From NCBI GenBank assembly GCA_963728915.1, contig CAVSLV010000001.1:800001-864000 (forward strand): 64,000 bases of DNA, given 5' to 3'. Position numbers and translations under genes: made by a program. This stretch comes from an uncultured Gemmatimonadales bacterium (GTDB lineage Bacteria > Gemmatimonadota > Gemmatimonadetes > Gemmatimonadales > GWC2-71-9). Shown in pieces: positions 43,833 to 57,329 of this stretch. The first letter of the stretch is position 1. The number at the start of each line of letters is the position of its first letter. A model generated the notes under the pieces. That model saw nothing but the letters and a program-made list of their open reading frames with translations. It was not told the origin of the DNA and did no database searches.

Positions 43833-45416
43833 ATGTACGTTCGTCTGATGATGCTTACCGTCGCCGCGTCCGCGGTGACGACCCTCCCCGCTGCGGCTCA
43901 GCGCCCCGGCGGCCCTCCTGGCGGACGCGGCGCCGCGGGCGGCGCCGACACCACCGCCGGCGTTCCGGCGGTGGAGAAAGTCTCGACCACCAAACACACC
44001 GTCACCATCGACGGGAAACCGATCGCCTACACGGCCAATACCGGCACGATGGTATTGCGCGACGAGAACGGAAAACCGAACGCCACGGTCTTCTACATCT
44101 CCTATACCAAGGACGGACAGGACCTGACGCATCGCCCGGTCACGTTCTTCTTCAACGGGGGCCCCGGCTCAGCCTCGATCTGGCTGGATATGGGCATCAT
44201 GAGCCCGAAGCATCCGACCATGGGACCGGGCGGTCAGCAGCCGGCTCCGCCGTACGATCTGGTGGACAATCCCTACTCGCCGCTTGGAGCCACGGACCTG
44301 GTGCAGGTGGACGCGATGATGACCGGCTACTCGCGACCCGGGCCCGGCGTCAAAGCGGCCGATTTCACCGGCGGGGTGAACGACATCCGCATGTTCGGCG
44401 AGTTCATCCGCGGGTACCTGGACAAATACGATCGCTGGCAATCCCCCAAATACCTGTTCGGCGAGAGCTACGGCACGTTCCGCTCGGCCGGCCTGGCCGA
44501 CGAGCTCGAGGAGCGGGAGGGCATCTTCCTCAACGGGATCATGCTGCTGGGCACGGTGCTGGACTTCCAGAACCTGTCCCAGCTCGCTTCCAACGACGTG
44601 GGCTACGCGGTGTTCCTGCCGACCTACACCGCCACGGCCTGGTATCACAAGAAGCTGCCTCCCGAGCTCCAGCGGATGACGCTGGCGCAGGTGGTGCAGC
44701 AGGCGCGTGACTTCGCGTTCGGCGATTACCTGACGATGCTGGCGAAGGGCAACACGCTGAGCAGCGCCGAGCGGACCGCGGCCGCGGCGAAGATCGCGCG
44801 GTTCACCGGGGTTTCGCCGCAATATGTGGCGAACACCAACCTGCGCATCGATGCCGGGACCTTCCGCACCGAGCTGCTGCGGGATCAGCGGCTGACGCTA
44901 GGCCGCTACGACAGCCGCCTCACCGGCGTCAACGGCAATGCCGCCAGCCAGCGTGAGGACTACGACCCGTCGGACGTGGCCCCGTCCGGGGCCTTCATGT
45001 CGGCTTTCATGCGGTACCTCCACGACGACCTCAACTACGACAGCGACCTCCAGTACTACATGGGCGGCCATACCGGACGATGGGACTACACCGGCACCAC
45101 CCCCGGCTTCGGCGGCGGCTTCCCCAGCGAGTCGGAGTCCTTGCGCCTGGCGATGGCGAAAGATCCGCACCTGCGGGTTATGGTGGGCGCGGGGTACTAC
45201 GACATGGCGACACCGTTCGCGAACGCCGAATACACCTTCCACCACCTGGGCTTCGACGGGACGTCTCAGGACCGGGTGACCTGGGAGTACTACGAGAGCG
45301 GCCACATGGCCTATCTCAACCAGACGTCGGCCCGGAAGCTCAAGGAGGACATCGAGCGATTCGTCAACGCGACCGACAAGGTCGTCACCACGACGGACAA
45401 GGGGGGCCAGCGGTAG
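43833..45416 (+). CDS. Peptidase S10 (serine carboxypeptidase), secreted
   Basis: FNGGPGS, GESYG, GYYDMATP, SGHM. Confidence 0.92.
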   Translation: MYVRLMMLTVAASAVTTLPAAAQRPGGPPGGRGAAGGADTTAGVPAVEKVSTTKHTVTIDGKPIAYTANTGTMVLRDENGKPNATVFYISYTKDGQDLTHRPVTFFFNGGPGSASIWLDMGIMSPKHPTMGPGGQQPAPPYDLVDNPYSPLGATDLVQVDAMMTGYSRPGPGVKAADFTGGVNDIRMFGEFIRGYLDKYDRWQSPKYLFGESYGTFRSAGLADELEEREGIFLNGIMLLGTVLDFQNLSQLASNDVGYAVFLPTYTATAWYHKKLPPELQRMTLAQVVQQARDFAFGDYLTMLAKGNTLSSAERTAAAAKIARFTGVSPQYVANTNLRIDAGTFRTELLRDQRLTLGRYDSRLTGVNGNAASQREDYDPSDVAPSGAFMSAFMRYLHDDLNYDSDLQYYMGGHTGRWDYTGTTPGFGGGFPSESESLRLAMAKDPHLRVMVGAGYYDMATPFANAEYTFHHLGFDGTSQDRVTWEYYESGHMAYLNQTSARKLKEDIERFVNATDKVVTTTDKGGQR

Positions 45417-48302
45417 CTACAACTCCGCCTTGTCGACCGGTCGCGGATCGGGCTTCACGCTGAAGGACTGGGTGGAGCTCTTCCCATTCACCGTCAGCCT
45501 GGCGGTGAACGTCCCCGGAAGTGTCACCTCGGGGTCGCGGACCCCTCCGCGGAAGCCGCCGCCGAACCCGCCCCGCCGTCCGGTGTTCGGCACCCACACC
45601 ACCCGGTGCATGCCGGCGACCTTTGCGACTGGCTTCGGCGCCGGCCGCCAGAGCGCCGTGGTATTGGGAATACCGCCCGCCCGGCGCGGGGACGAGGGCT
45701 CTTCGGATGAGAAGGTGTGCAGGGTTCGTCCAGTCGCATCGACGATCTCGAGGGTCACCGGCCCCGGCGGTTCCGCCCGCAGGTAGTAGTCGATGACCAC
45801 GCCGTCGGGCGGGTTCGCCGCCTGGGGCTCGTCCTTCTGGACCGGGGTGCCGTCATCGCCCCCCTGCTCGTAGCTGGTCTGATCCGAAGGTTTGAAGAGC
45901 CAGGCGTCGGCGCCGGCGATTTCCTCGTTCACCTGCCTGAGCACCGCGATGTCGTCGATCACCCAGAACCCGCGACCATGGGTGGCGATGATCAGATCGT
46001 TCTGATACACCTGGAGGTCCCGCATCGAGGTGACCGGAAGGTTGAGCTGAAGCGGCTGCCAGTGCTCGCCCTCGTCGAAGGACAGGTATACCCCGCGCTC
46101 GGTCCCGCAGAACAACATTCCTTTCCGCTCCGGGTCTTCCTTCACCGAGTGCACGTACACGCCCTTCGGCAGCCCGCTCGCGATCAAGGTCCACGTCCTG
46201 CCGCGATCATGGGTCCGGTAGATGTAGGGATCGAAATCCTCGAGCTGATGACGGTCCACGCTCGCGTACGCCGTGTTCACGTCGTGACGCGACGCTTCGA
46301 TCATCGTCACCCGGCTCCAGGCGGTGAGAGCCGGCGGGGTGACATTCTCCCACGACGCGCCCCCATTCATGGTGACCTGGATGAGGCCGTCGTCGGTGCC
46401 GATCCATAGCAGCGGGGCCTCGACCGGGGAGGGCGCGATGGTGTAAATCACGCCGCGCCGGCCGTTCGTGTCGGTGTCCTCGGTCGCGGCCCGGTCGAGG
46501 CCGGGTGGCACCTCGGGGTCGGCCCGGGTGAGATCGGGACTGATCCGCGTCCAGGTCACCGCGCCGTCGCTGGTCCGGTAGAGGAACTGGTCGCCGTAGT
46601 AGAGCGCCGTCGGGTCGGCCGGCGAGAGCACCAGGGGCTGGGTCCAATCGTGCCGGGGATCCTTGGTCTGCGGTGTGGTGGTTCCAGGAATGAAGCGATT
46701 CTCCGCGAGGTTGAAGCGGGCGCCGGCGCCGCCGAACACGATCCCGGGGTGCCGGGGATCGCCGGCGGTATAGCCGCTCTCGCCGCCCGCCCCGATGGGT
46801 TCCCAGTCCCGCATTGAGATCTCCCCGAACTTCCCCCGCGAGCGCACGGCCACCGCGCCGCTGTCCTGCTGGGCCCCGGTCACCCAGTAGGGGCGCCGGT
46901 AGTCCACCGAGAGGTGGTAGATCTGGGCGGTCGGCTGATTGAGCCAGGAGCTCCAGGCGATCCGGGTAGGGTCGCCTTCCTTGGCGTTGTGGGTGATCAC
47001 GCATCCCTGATCGCTCGCCGTGATCATCAGGTTGGTGTTGTCGGGCGAAATCCAGGCCTGGTGATAGTCGTCCCCACCGGGAGAGCCGCGCACCGGGACC
47101 CAGCTCTTGCCGCCATCCATTGAACGGGAAATCGAAACGTTCGAGACGTAGACGATGTCCGGGTTCCCCGGATCGACGACCACGTGCTCGAAGTACCAGC
47201 CGCGTCCCCACAGCGCCTGGTCGTCCGACAGCCGGGTCCAGCTGGCGCCGGCATCGTCGGACCGGAAGCAGCCGCCCTGGCGGGAGGTGACGGCGCCGCC
47301 CGTCGCCGGCGCCGAAGACGGAGCGCCGGTCACCGGCAGGAGGCAATCCACTACCGCGTATACCCGCCGCGTATCGCTCGGCGCCACCGCAATCCCGGTG
47401 CGCCCGATCCCTTCGGCGGGAAGCCCCGCGGTGAGCTGGGTCCAGGTGTCCCCGCCATTGGTGGACTTGAAGAGGCCACCGCCCGGGCCGTTGGTCGGCG
47501 GATAGACGAACCACGGCGGGCGCCGGGTGTTCCAGAGGCCGGCGTACACCACCTTCGGGTTGGACGGATCGATCACCACCTCGATCGCCCCGACGTCAGG
47601 ACCCTTGTAGAGCACCTTCTGCCAGGTCTTTCCGCCGTCCTTCGACCGGAAAATGCCACGCTGTTCGTTCGACCCGTAAAAGTGCCCGATCGCGGCAACG
47701 AATACGACATCGGGATTGTGTGGGTCCACCGCGATCTTGCCGATGTGCTGGGTATCCTCGAGCCCGATGTGGGTCCACGACTTCCCGGCGTCGGTGGACT
47801 TGTACATCCCATTGCCGAAGCCGACCGAGTCGCGAAGGGTGGACTCGCCGCTTCCGACGTAGACGACGTCGGGCGCGGAAGGCGCCACCGCGAGGGCACC
47901 GATGGACGCGACCGGCTGGTCGTCGAAGACCGGCTCCCACACCCGGCCCGCGTCGATCGTTTTCCAGACCCCGCCGTTCACGTGACCGAAATAGAACTCG
48001 CTGGGCCGACCCACCACGCCGCACACTGCATCCACGCGGCCGCCCCGGAACGGCCCGAGCATTCGCCACTCGAGTCCGGAGAAGACGCTCGGGGGCAGGG
48101 GACCAGACGTCATCCCCGCGACCACCGATAAAGGAGTGCTCGCGGCGCGAGCGCCGCGCTCCAGGATCAATGCGTGCCGGAGGGCCGGCCCCGCCAGCAC
48201 GATCAGGCCCCCCATCTGTCCGGTCCGCATCAGAAAGTCCCGGCGCGAGAGCGGTACCCCGCTTACGTCGGTGTGCGCAGAGTCCGGAGGCGGTTGTTCC
48301 AC
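45417..48302 (-). CDS. Tat-exported VPS10/BNR (Asp-box) beta-propeller glycosyl hydrolase-like protein
   Basis: SRRDFL Tat motif; WRMLGPFRGGR; repeated S/TxDxGxS/TW Asp-boxes; ATHGRGFW; GAGGAG SD before GTG 48302. Confidence 0.85.
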   Translation of the reverse strand: MEQPPPDSAHTDVSGVPLSRRDFLMRTGQMGGLIVLAGPALRHALILERGARAASTPLSVVAGMTSGPLPPSVFSGLEWRMLGPFRGGRVDAVCGVVGRPSEFYFGHVNGGVWKTIDAGRVWEPVFDDQPVASIGALAVAPSAPDVVYVGSGESTLRDSVGFGNGMYKSTDAGKSWTHIGLEDTQHIGKIAVDPHNPDVVFVAAIGHFYGSNEQRGIFRSKDGGKTWQKVLYKGPDVGAIEVVIDPSNPKVVYAGLWNTRRPPWFVYPPTNGPGGGLFKSTNGGDTWTQLTAGLPAEGIGRTGIAVAPSDTRRVYAVVDCLLPVTGAPSSAPATGGAVTSRQGGCFRSDDAGASWTRLSDDQALWGRGWYFEHVVVDPGNPDIVYVSNVSISRSMDGGKSWVPVRGSPGGDDYHQAWISPDNTNLMITASDQGCVITHNAKEGDPTRIAWSSWLNQPTAQIYHLSVDYRRPYWVTGAQQDSGAVAVRSRGKFGEISMRDWEPIGAGGESGYTAGDPRHPGIVFGGAGARFNLAENRFIPGTTTPQTKDPRHDWTQPLVLSPADPTALYYGDQFLYRTSDGAVTWTRISPDLTRADPEVPPGLDRAATEDTDTNGRRGVIYTIAPSPVEAPLLWIGTDDGLIQVTMNGGASWENVTPPALTAWSRVTMIEASRHDVNTAYASVDRHQLEDFDPYIYRTHDRGRTWTLIASGLPKGVYVHSVKEDPERKGMLFCGTERGVYLSFDEGEHWQPLQLNLPVTSMRDLQVYQNDLIIATHGRGFWVIDDIAVLRQVNEEIAGADAWLFKPSDQTSYEQGGDDGTPVQKDEPQAANPPDGVVIDYYLRAEPPGPVTLEIVDATGRTLHTFSSEEPSSPRRAGGIPNTTALWRPAPKPVAKVAGMHRVVWVPNTGRRGGFGGGFRGGVRDPEVTLPGTFTARLTVNGKSSTQSFSVKPDPRPVDKAEL

Positions 48303-48390
48303 GGGATAACTCCTCAAGGAGATGCGACGAAGATATGGCGCCAGGCTTCAGTGCAAAAGAATCTCGACCCCAAAGGCGAGGGTCACCACG

Positions 48391-49515
48391 CTAGGCGTCC
48401 ATGAAGTGCTCCCAACCACCAGAGGAAGACCCGGGGCGGTTCCAGGGAGCCGCTTCCCAATTGTCCAGGCGTGCGTTCTCGGAGCGCAGCCACCTGGCGA
48501 GCGGAAGCTCCAGATGGCTCGACAGGGCCGTCAGGTAGGGCTCATACAGGGACCGGAGCGCAGTAAGGCGAGACTCGGCATCTCGAGGCAGATCAAGTGG
48601 GGATCCTTGCGCGACCGCGCGAAGGCGCTCGAAGTCATCGCTGGGCAGGCGATCAGGGGAGGAACGCTGGCTCCGGGCGTTGAAGACCTGAGCCAGGTCC
48701 ACCACAGCGTGCCGCGCCATCGCAAAGGTGAGCTCCGCCTGGCGGCGACAGGGGGTCTCGCAGGCGAGGGCGGCCACCGCGCTGGTGTCGAGGAGGATGG
48801 TGAGAGCCGCAAGCCAGGACTGGTTGCTGTGCTGAGAACGAAAGTAGGCGAGCACCGGATACGACAGGTTGGTCTCCAGCACCTCGGCGGCCCACCGCTC
48901 CCACTCGGCAAGGAGCTGTTGCAGGCGCAGATGACCGGGATCCTCGCCGTGCCGGCGAAGCAGCTCACCGGTGGTGGGGGGAGATCCGGCCCGGGCATCG
49001 AGGAGGGAGATGATGACTTCGCGCCGGGAAAAGGCCTGATAGATGACGGGCAGATAGCCCACCACGACCGCCAGGAAGGCGAACCCGAGGCCCGCTTCGC
49101 CGACGGTCAAGAGCTTTGCCAGAGGGGAAACGGGTGCGATATCCCCCAGGCCCAGGGTAAAGAACGTGGTCCCGCTGAAGTACAGGGATTCCAGGAGGGT
49201 CACCGGCTCGCTCCCCAGCCGGAGCCCGGGGCCGATCGCCCATTGCATCACCGCGAAGGACAGCACGATGGTGGTCGCCCACAGGACCAGCAGTAATAGG
49301 AGCGAGAACGGCCCGAACCATCCGAGTGCGTGCTCGGCGAAGCTGCCGGCGAGGCGGGTCGCGACGGCCCGCCACGAGTGCCAGGTCGTCCGGTAGAAGA
49401 TCCGGGTGAGCTGGAAGCGGCGACGCACCCGCCGCGGCAGGATCACCGTTTCGAAGGCGTCCCGCAGCACGATCAGGAGCAGGACGAGCGCAACCAGGCC
49501 GGCCAGCGGTCTCAT
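48391..49515 (-). CDS. Two-TM potassium channel family protein (Ion_trans_2)
   Basis: LYFSGTTFFTLGLGD pore-like motif; YPVLAYFRSQH. Confidence 0.8.
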   Translation of the reverse strand: MRPLAGLVALVLLLIVLRDAFETVILPRRVRRRFQLTRIFYRTTWHSWRAVATRLAGSFAEHALGWFGPFSLLLLLVLWATTIVLSFAVMQWAIGPGLRLGSEPVTLLESLYFSGTTFFTLGLGDIAPVSPLAKLLTVGEAGLGFAFLAVVVGYLPVIYQAFSRREVIISLLDARAGSPPTTGELLRRHGEDPGHLRLQQLLAEWERWAAEVLETNLSYPVLAYFRSQHSNQSWLAALTILLDTSAVAALACETPCRRQAELTFAMARHAVVDLAQVFNARSQRSSPDRLPSDDFERLRAVAQGSPLDLPRDAESRLTALRSLYEPYLTALSSHLELPLARWLRSENARLDNWEAAPWNRPGSSSGGWEHFMDA

Positions 49516-49574
49516 TCCGGGGCAAATATAGAGAACCTGCGAGATCCGGCTCTGGACGGTATTCTCCACCCCCA

Positions 49575-50432
49575 ATGCGCTGCGGCCACATCGCCCTGGC
49601 GGGGCGTCCGAACGTCGGCAAGTCCTCGCTCCTCAACGTTCTGGTGGGTGAGCACCTCGCGCTGGTGAGTGCCAAGGCTCAGGCCACCCGGATCCCGGTG
49701 ATTGGGATCCGGACCGAGGGCACGGTGCAGTACATCTTTCACGATCTTCCCGGGTTGCTCGATCCATCCTACCCCTTACAGGAGCGGATGCGCTCCCTCG
49801 CCGAGGAAGGGCTTCGCCAGGTGGACCTGGTCCTCCATCTCATCCCGGCGGACGAGCCCGACGACGGCGCGAACCTGGCCTCCCTGACCAAGCGGTCCAT
49901 CCTCAAGGTATTTACCAAGGGGGATCTCGTTCCTGCGGCACGGCGCGCGGAGCTTGGTCGAGACGGGATGGTGGTCTCCGCGGTAACAGGAGAGGGAATC
50001 GGCGCCTTGCTCCAGGCCGTTGCCGAGCGACTGCCCGAGCGCGATTTCGCCTTCCCCGAGGACGAGATCGGCACTCAACCGCTCCGGTTCTTCGCCGCTG
50101 AATACCTCCGCGAAGCAGCGTTCGAGCTGCTGCAGGACGAGCTGCCTTACGCCTTCGCGGCCGAAATCGAGGAGTTCCGTGAGGACCAGGACCCGGTGTT
50201 CATTCGCGCCAACCTTTTCGTCGAATCGAAGTCGCAGAAGGGCATCGTGATCGGGGCGGGAGGGCAGATGATCCGGGATATCGGCCAGCGGGCCCGGAGC
50301 CGGATCGAGCAGCTCCTCGGACGCCAGGTGTTCCTCGAAACCTGGGTCCAGGTCCTCCCGAAATGGCGGCGCGATCCGGTCCAGCTTCGTCGCCTGGGGT
50401 TCCCCGACACTCCGGGTCGGGAACGGTCCTGA
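49575..50432 (+). CDS. era: GTPase Era
   Basis: GRPNVGKS, DLPG, TKGD, ELPY, KH motif GIVIGAGG. Confidence 0.93.
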   Translation: MRCGHIALAGRPNVGKSSLLNVLVGEHLALVSAKAQATRIPVIGIRTEGTVQYIFHDLPGLLDPSYPLQERMRSLAEEGLRQVDLVLHLIPADEPDDGANLASLTKRSILKVFTKGDLVPAARRAELGRDGMVVSAVTGEGIGALLQAVAERLPERDFAFPEDEIGTQPLRFFAAEYLREAAFELLQDELPYAFAAEIEEFREDQDPVFIRANLFVESKSQKGIVIGAGGQMIRDIGQRARSRIEQLLGRQVFLETWVQVLPKWRRDPVQLRRLGFPDTPGRERS

Positions 50433-51532
50433 TGCCGAAACCGCTCGGGCTGTCCCGGTTCTTCCGCCTGAGCCTCGTGCTCCTCCTAGGACTACCGGCA
50501 AGCCTGTTGCTGCGATGGCAGCATGCGGACCCCTTGCTGGTGTTTCTGAGCGCCGGTGCGGCGATGCTCCCGCTGGCCGGCCTGCTCGGCAAAGCCACGG
50601 ATCAGCTCGCCGAACGAAGCACTCCCGTCCTCGGTGGCCTGCTGAATGCCACCTTCGGAAATGCCGCCGAGCTGATCATCGCCCTGGCCGCGTTGCGACA
50701 GGGCCTGGTGTCCCTCGTGAAGGCTTCGATCACCGGGAGCATCCTGGGCAACCTGCTGCTGATTCTGGGGCTCTCCCTGGTGGTCGGAGGCATCCGAACA
50801 CCGAATCTCAGGTTCAACCGCACCGCCGCCGGCATGGCCTCGGCGATGCTGGCCCTGGCGGTCGCCGGCCTCGTGTTCCCGGCGGTCTTTCACCAGCTCC
50901 ACCCGGAAACCGCTGGGGCCAGGCTCGCCGGCTCCGAGCTCGGCTTCACCGAGGCGGTGGCCCTCATCCTGATCCTGACCTATGCGGCGTCATTGCTGTT
51001 CTCGTTGCACACGCATCGCAACGTGTTCGGAGTCGAATCCGAGATTCCACCCTCCCGAACGGATGGGCCGGAGCCCTGGAGCATCGGCCTGTCAATCGGA
51101 GTCCTCGCGATCTGCACGGTGGCCGTGGCGATTGTCTCGGAGCTCCTGGTCGGGGCGATTGAGCCGGTCACGCAAACCCTCGGGCTTTCCCAGCGATTCC
51201 TCGGCCTCGTGGTGATTCCCCTGCTCGGAAATGCCGCCGAACACGGCGCCGCGATCACGGTGGCACGCCGAGGCAAGATCGAGCTCGCGTTCCAGGTCGC
51301 CCTTGGATCGAGCATGCAGGTAGCGCTGCTGGTCGCGCCCCTGCTCGTCTTTGCAGGTGTGCTGCTGAATCACCCGGTCAGCCTGGTGTTTACCCCGCTC
51401 GAGATCGTCTCCCTCGCCATCGCGACCGGGGTGGTGGCCATCATCACCCTGGATGGCGAATCCCACTGGTTCGAAGGCGTCCAGCTGCTCGCGGTCTATG
51501 GGATGTTTGTGGCGGCGGCTTTCTTTCTCTAG
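50432..51532 (+). CDS. Ca2+/H+ antiporter (CAX family)
   Basis: LLNATFGNAAE, GSILGNLLL, GNAAEH, GSSMQVAL. Confidence 0.93.
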   Translation: MPKPLGLSRFFRLSLVLLLGLPASLLLRWQHADPLLVFLSAGAAMLPLAGLLGKATDQLAERSTPVLGGLLNATFGNAAELIIALAALRQGLVSLVKASITGSILGNLLLILGLSLVVGGIRTPNLRFNRTAAGMASAMLALAVAGLVFPAVFHQLHPETAGARLAGSELGFTEAVALILILTYAASLLFSLHTHRNVFGVESEIPPSRTDGPEPWSIGLSIGVLAICTVAVAIVSELLVGAIEPVTQTLGLSQRFLGLVVIPLLGNAAEHGAAITVARRGKIELAFQVALGSSMQVALLVAPLLVFAGVLLNHPVSLVFTPLEIVSLAIATGVVAIITLDGESHWFEGVQLLAVYGMFVAAAFFL

Positions 51533-51547
51533 TGGTACATTCGGAAC

Positions 51548-51718
51548 ATGTCCCTGGCACCCGAGCTCCTCGAGATTCTGGTTTGCCCCAAGTGCAAAGG
51601 CGACCTCGAGTACCGGCCTGACGAAGCCGTCCTCATCTGCCACGCCTGCCGCGTGGCCTACCCCATCGAGGACGACATCCCCATCATGCTGATCGACGAG
51701 GCAAAGCCTTTGCAGTAG
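51548..51718 (+). CDS. Trm112/YcaR family small protein
   Basis: [18 protein letters not shown]...[20 protein letters not shown] (below the ORF-track cutoff). Confidence 0.92.
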   Translation: MSLAPELLEILVCPKCKGDLEYRPDEAVLICHACRVAYPIEDDIPIMLIDEAKPLQ

Positions 51719-51808
51719 CCGGCTGGTGGGCCTGTCGCCGGCCACTGTTTACTGATCCCCGCTTACCGTTTAAGTTGCTGTAGCACAAACCTTTACGAGT
51801 GGAGGCGG

Positions 51809-52807
51809 GTGCGAACTCGGCCGACCATCCTCTTCTTCGGGCCGGTTGGGGCTCCGATTCCCGATCTGGTGCAGCAATGGGCCGAGCGGAAGGCGTTTCC
51901 GCTCGAGCTCCACGCTGACCCCGCCCAGATCGAGTCGATTGTCCTCCGGGGCCATCCGTGCCTGCTCTTCATCGACGCAGATCGGATGGGTCCGTCCGGC
52001 CTTCTTCTGGTCCGCCAGCTCAAGAGCGATCCCTTCACCGCAATCATCCCGGCATTGGTCCTTGCGGCGACCCACAACGCGGAGGACGTGCAGGAGTGGT
52101 TCTCCGCCGGGGCGGACGAGATCCTGACCGGCGTGTTTCCGAAGATGGAGCAGGAGGCCCGGCTCGACCTGCTCCTCATTCGTACCCAGCGGGACGTCTC
52201 GGTCCACCCCTCCACCCGAATGCCGGGAACCACCGAAATCGAGCGGGAAATCCGGCGTCGCCTGGAAGGACAGGAGGAGTTCGCGGTCTGTTACGCCGAC
52301 CTCGATCATTTCAAGGAGTACAACGACCGGTATAGCTACTACGATGGGGACCGGGTGATCTACCTGCTCTCCCGGATCCTGCATGACGTGGTGAAGGGGT
52401 TGTGCGGAACCCGCGGGTTCGTGGGCCACATCGGGGGCGACGATTTCATCTTCATCATTCCGGCGGCCGACATCAGCCTGGTCTGCGGCGAGTGCCTGTC
52501 GGTGTTCGATACCCTGATCCCGTTCCAGTACAACGACCAGGACCGGCGGGCCGGGTATTTCTTCGGGAAGGACCGGCGGGGCCAGCTCCACCGGGTTCCC
52601 CTGATGACGATCTCGGTCGGCATCGTCACCAACCGGCACCGCACGTTCGCCCACCCGGCGGAAGTCAGCGAGCTTGCGACTGAAATGAAGAGCTATGCGA
52701 AGACCCTGCCGGGCTCGGTCTACGTGGTCGACCGGCGCCAGAGCCGGAGCGGGGACGAGCGCACCGGCACCGCCGCGCAGCGCGAATCGGCAAGTGGGGT
52801 GAAATGA
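51809..52807 (+). CDS. Receiver-like + GGDEF domain protein (GGDDF variant)
   Basis: YADLDHFKEYNDRY, GHIGGDDF; degenerate receiver N-terminus (AGADEIL). Confidence 0.88.
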   Translation: MRTRPTILFFGPVGAPIPDLVQQWAERKAFPLELHADPAQIESIVLRGHPCLLFIDADRMGPSGLLLVRQLKSDPFTAIIPALVLAATHNAEDVQEWFSAGADEILTGVFPKMEQEARLDLLLIRTQRDVSVHPSTRMPGTTEIEREIRRRLEGQEEFAVCYADLDHFKEYNDRYSYYDGDRVIYLLSRILHDVVKGLCGTRGFVGHIGGDDFIFIIPAADISLVCGECLSVFDTLIPFQYNDQDRRAGYFFGKDRRGQLHRVPLMTISVGIVTNRHRTFAHPAEVSELATEMKSYAKTLPGSVYVVDRRQSRSGDERTGTAAQRESASGVK

Positions 52808-53396
52808 ACGTCAGCTGCCCCGAATGCAAAACCGTCTTCCGGGTCGACCCGGAAAAGGTGCCGGTGAACGGAGTCCGTGCCCGGTGCTCGGTTTGCTCGG
52901 CCGTGTTCCGGGTGGAACGGGAGCGCAGTCAGGCGAAACCGGCGGGATCCCCGTCACCGATCACGGCGGCTCCGCCGCCTCCGGCAGCCCCGCCGGCCCC
53001 GGAACCGGTCGCGGCGCCACCCCGTGCCACGCCACGGCCCGAACCGGTGATGGGGAGCGCGCGAACCATTTCACCATTCGGTCAACCGGTGGCCTCCCCG
53101 CCGGCCATCACCACCTCGTCGCCCACCCGGCCGGTGAATCCCTTCCTGGCCCAGGATCCCATGGCCAAGGCTCGACGACTGGCCCGCGCCCTGGTCAGCG
53201 ATATCGTGGTCTACAACCCGGCCAAGCGCCGCGACGGGCTTCGCGACGGATCGCTCAAGGCGCTGTTCGACGAAGAAATCCGGAAGAGCTGGGAGGAGTA
53301 CGTCGATCAGGTCGGCCGGGAAGTCGCCGATTCGACCAGTTTCTTCACCGATGCGCTGAACGAGATCCTGGCCGACGGCCAGCGAGTGTTTTCCTG

Positions 53397-53397
<1 letters not shown>
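52804..53397 (+). CDS. Zinc-ribbon (MJ0042-like) protein with Pro-rich linker
   Basis: CPEC...CSVC, Pro/Ala linker, ARRLARALVSDI C-terminal domain. Confidence 0.85.
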
Positions 53398-56027
<2,630 letters not shown>

Positions 56028-56066
56028 CTGCTCTCACCTCGCCCCTCGCCCCTCGCGCCCGCGCTG

Positions 56067-57329
56067 ATGCTCCCCACCCGTCTCGAGCGTTCCATCGCGA
56101 TTCGATACCTCAAAGGCCGGAGGAAATCCCGATTCGCCTCCCTGACCACGATGATCGCGGTGGGGGGAGTGGCCATCGGGGTGACCGCCCTGATCGTGGT
56201 GCTGGGGGTGATGAACGGACTTCGGGACGATCTGCGGGACCGGATCCTCGTGGCGAACCCGCATCTCCGGATCCTCACCTATGGCGCCTCGCTCCGGATG
56301 GAGAACTGGCGGGAAGCCCTGGCCACGGTCCGGGCCGACCCCCGGGTCGTCGCGGCCGCGCCGGAGGTCATCACCAAGTCGCTGATCCTGAATCAGGCGG
56401 ATTACCCCGCGGCGGTTGACGTGGTGGGATATGCGCCCGGGGAGGGAAGCGAAGCCGTCACCAGCGTCGCCAAATACATCACCCGGGGCGATCTCCGCTT
56501 TCGGGCCGGGGTCGATTCGGTGCAGGGCGGCATCGCGCTCGGCTATCGGCTGGCAGCCCGCCTCTCGGTGGCGGTCGGCGATGTCGTCAATCTGGTCCCC
56601 CCTACCGCGGCCAAGGCGCCGGTCAACCGGGTGCTCGGCCGACCGGTTCCCCAGTTCTGGACCTTTCAGGTCACCGGAATCTTCGAGACCGGGATGTACC
56701 AGTATGACGATCAGTTCGCCCTGATGGACATTGCCACCGCCCAGCGTTTCGCGGGGCTGGGCGATGCGGTGACGGGGATTCAGATCCGGCTGGCCGATCC
56801 GTGGCGGGCCCCGGAGGTGGGGGACAGCTTGATCCGCCAGCTTGGATACCCCTTTCGTTCCCTCGACTGGCAGAGCCAGAATCAGAGTCTCTTCAGCGCC
56901 CTTCAGCTCGAGAAGCGGGCGATGGGCCTGATCATCTGCTTCATCATGGTGGTCGCGGCGTTCAACATCATCGGCACGCTCACAATGATGGTCGCTGAAA
57001 AGACCAAGGAAATCGGCATCCTTCAGGCCATGGGGCTTTCCCCCCGCGGCATCGGCCGGATCTTTCTGGCCCAGGGCGCCATCATTGGCGCGTTGGGCAC
57101 CTTCGCCGGCTTCCTGGGAGGATTGCTGCTGTCCTGGGTCATCGATCGCACCGGAATCATTCGCATCGATCCCACCGTCTACTTCATCGATCAGCTCCCG
57201 GTGCACCTCGAGGTACTGGATATCGTGGCGGTGATGGCCTTCAGCTTCGCGGTGGCCCTGGTTGCCACCATCCATCCCTCCCGGTCCGCGTCACGGCTCA
57301 CTCCCGTGGAAGCGATCCGGCACGAATGA
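56067..57329 (+). CDS. Lipoprotein-releasing ABC permease LolC/E
   Basis: [29 protein letters not shown]. Confidence 0.9.
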   Translation: MLPTRLERSIAIRYLKGRRKSRFASLTTMIAVGGVAIGVTALIVVLGVMNGLRDDLRDRILVANPHLRILTYGASLRMENWREALATVRADPRVVAAAPEVITKSLILNQADYPAAVDVVGYAPGEGSEAVTSVAKYITRGDLRFRAGVDSVQGGIALGYRLAARLSVAVGDVVNLVPPTAAKAPVNRVLGRPVPQFWTFQVTGIFETGMYQYDDQFALMDIATAQRFAGLGDAVTGIQIRLADPWRAPEVGDSLIRQLGYPFRSLDWQSQNQSLFSALQLEKRAMGLIICFIMVVAAFNIIGTLTMMVAEKTKEIGILQAMGLSPRGIGRIFLAQGAIIGALGTFAGFLGGLLLSWVIDRTGIIRIDPTVYFIDQLPVHLEVLDIVAVMAFSFAVALVATIHPSRSASRLTPVEAIRHE

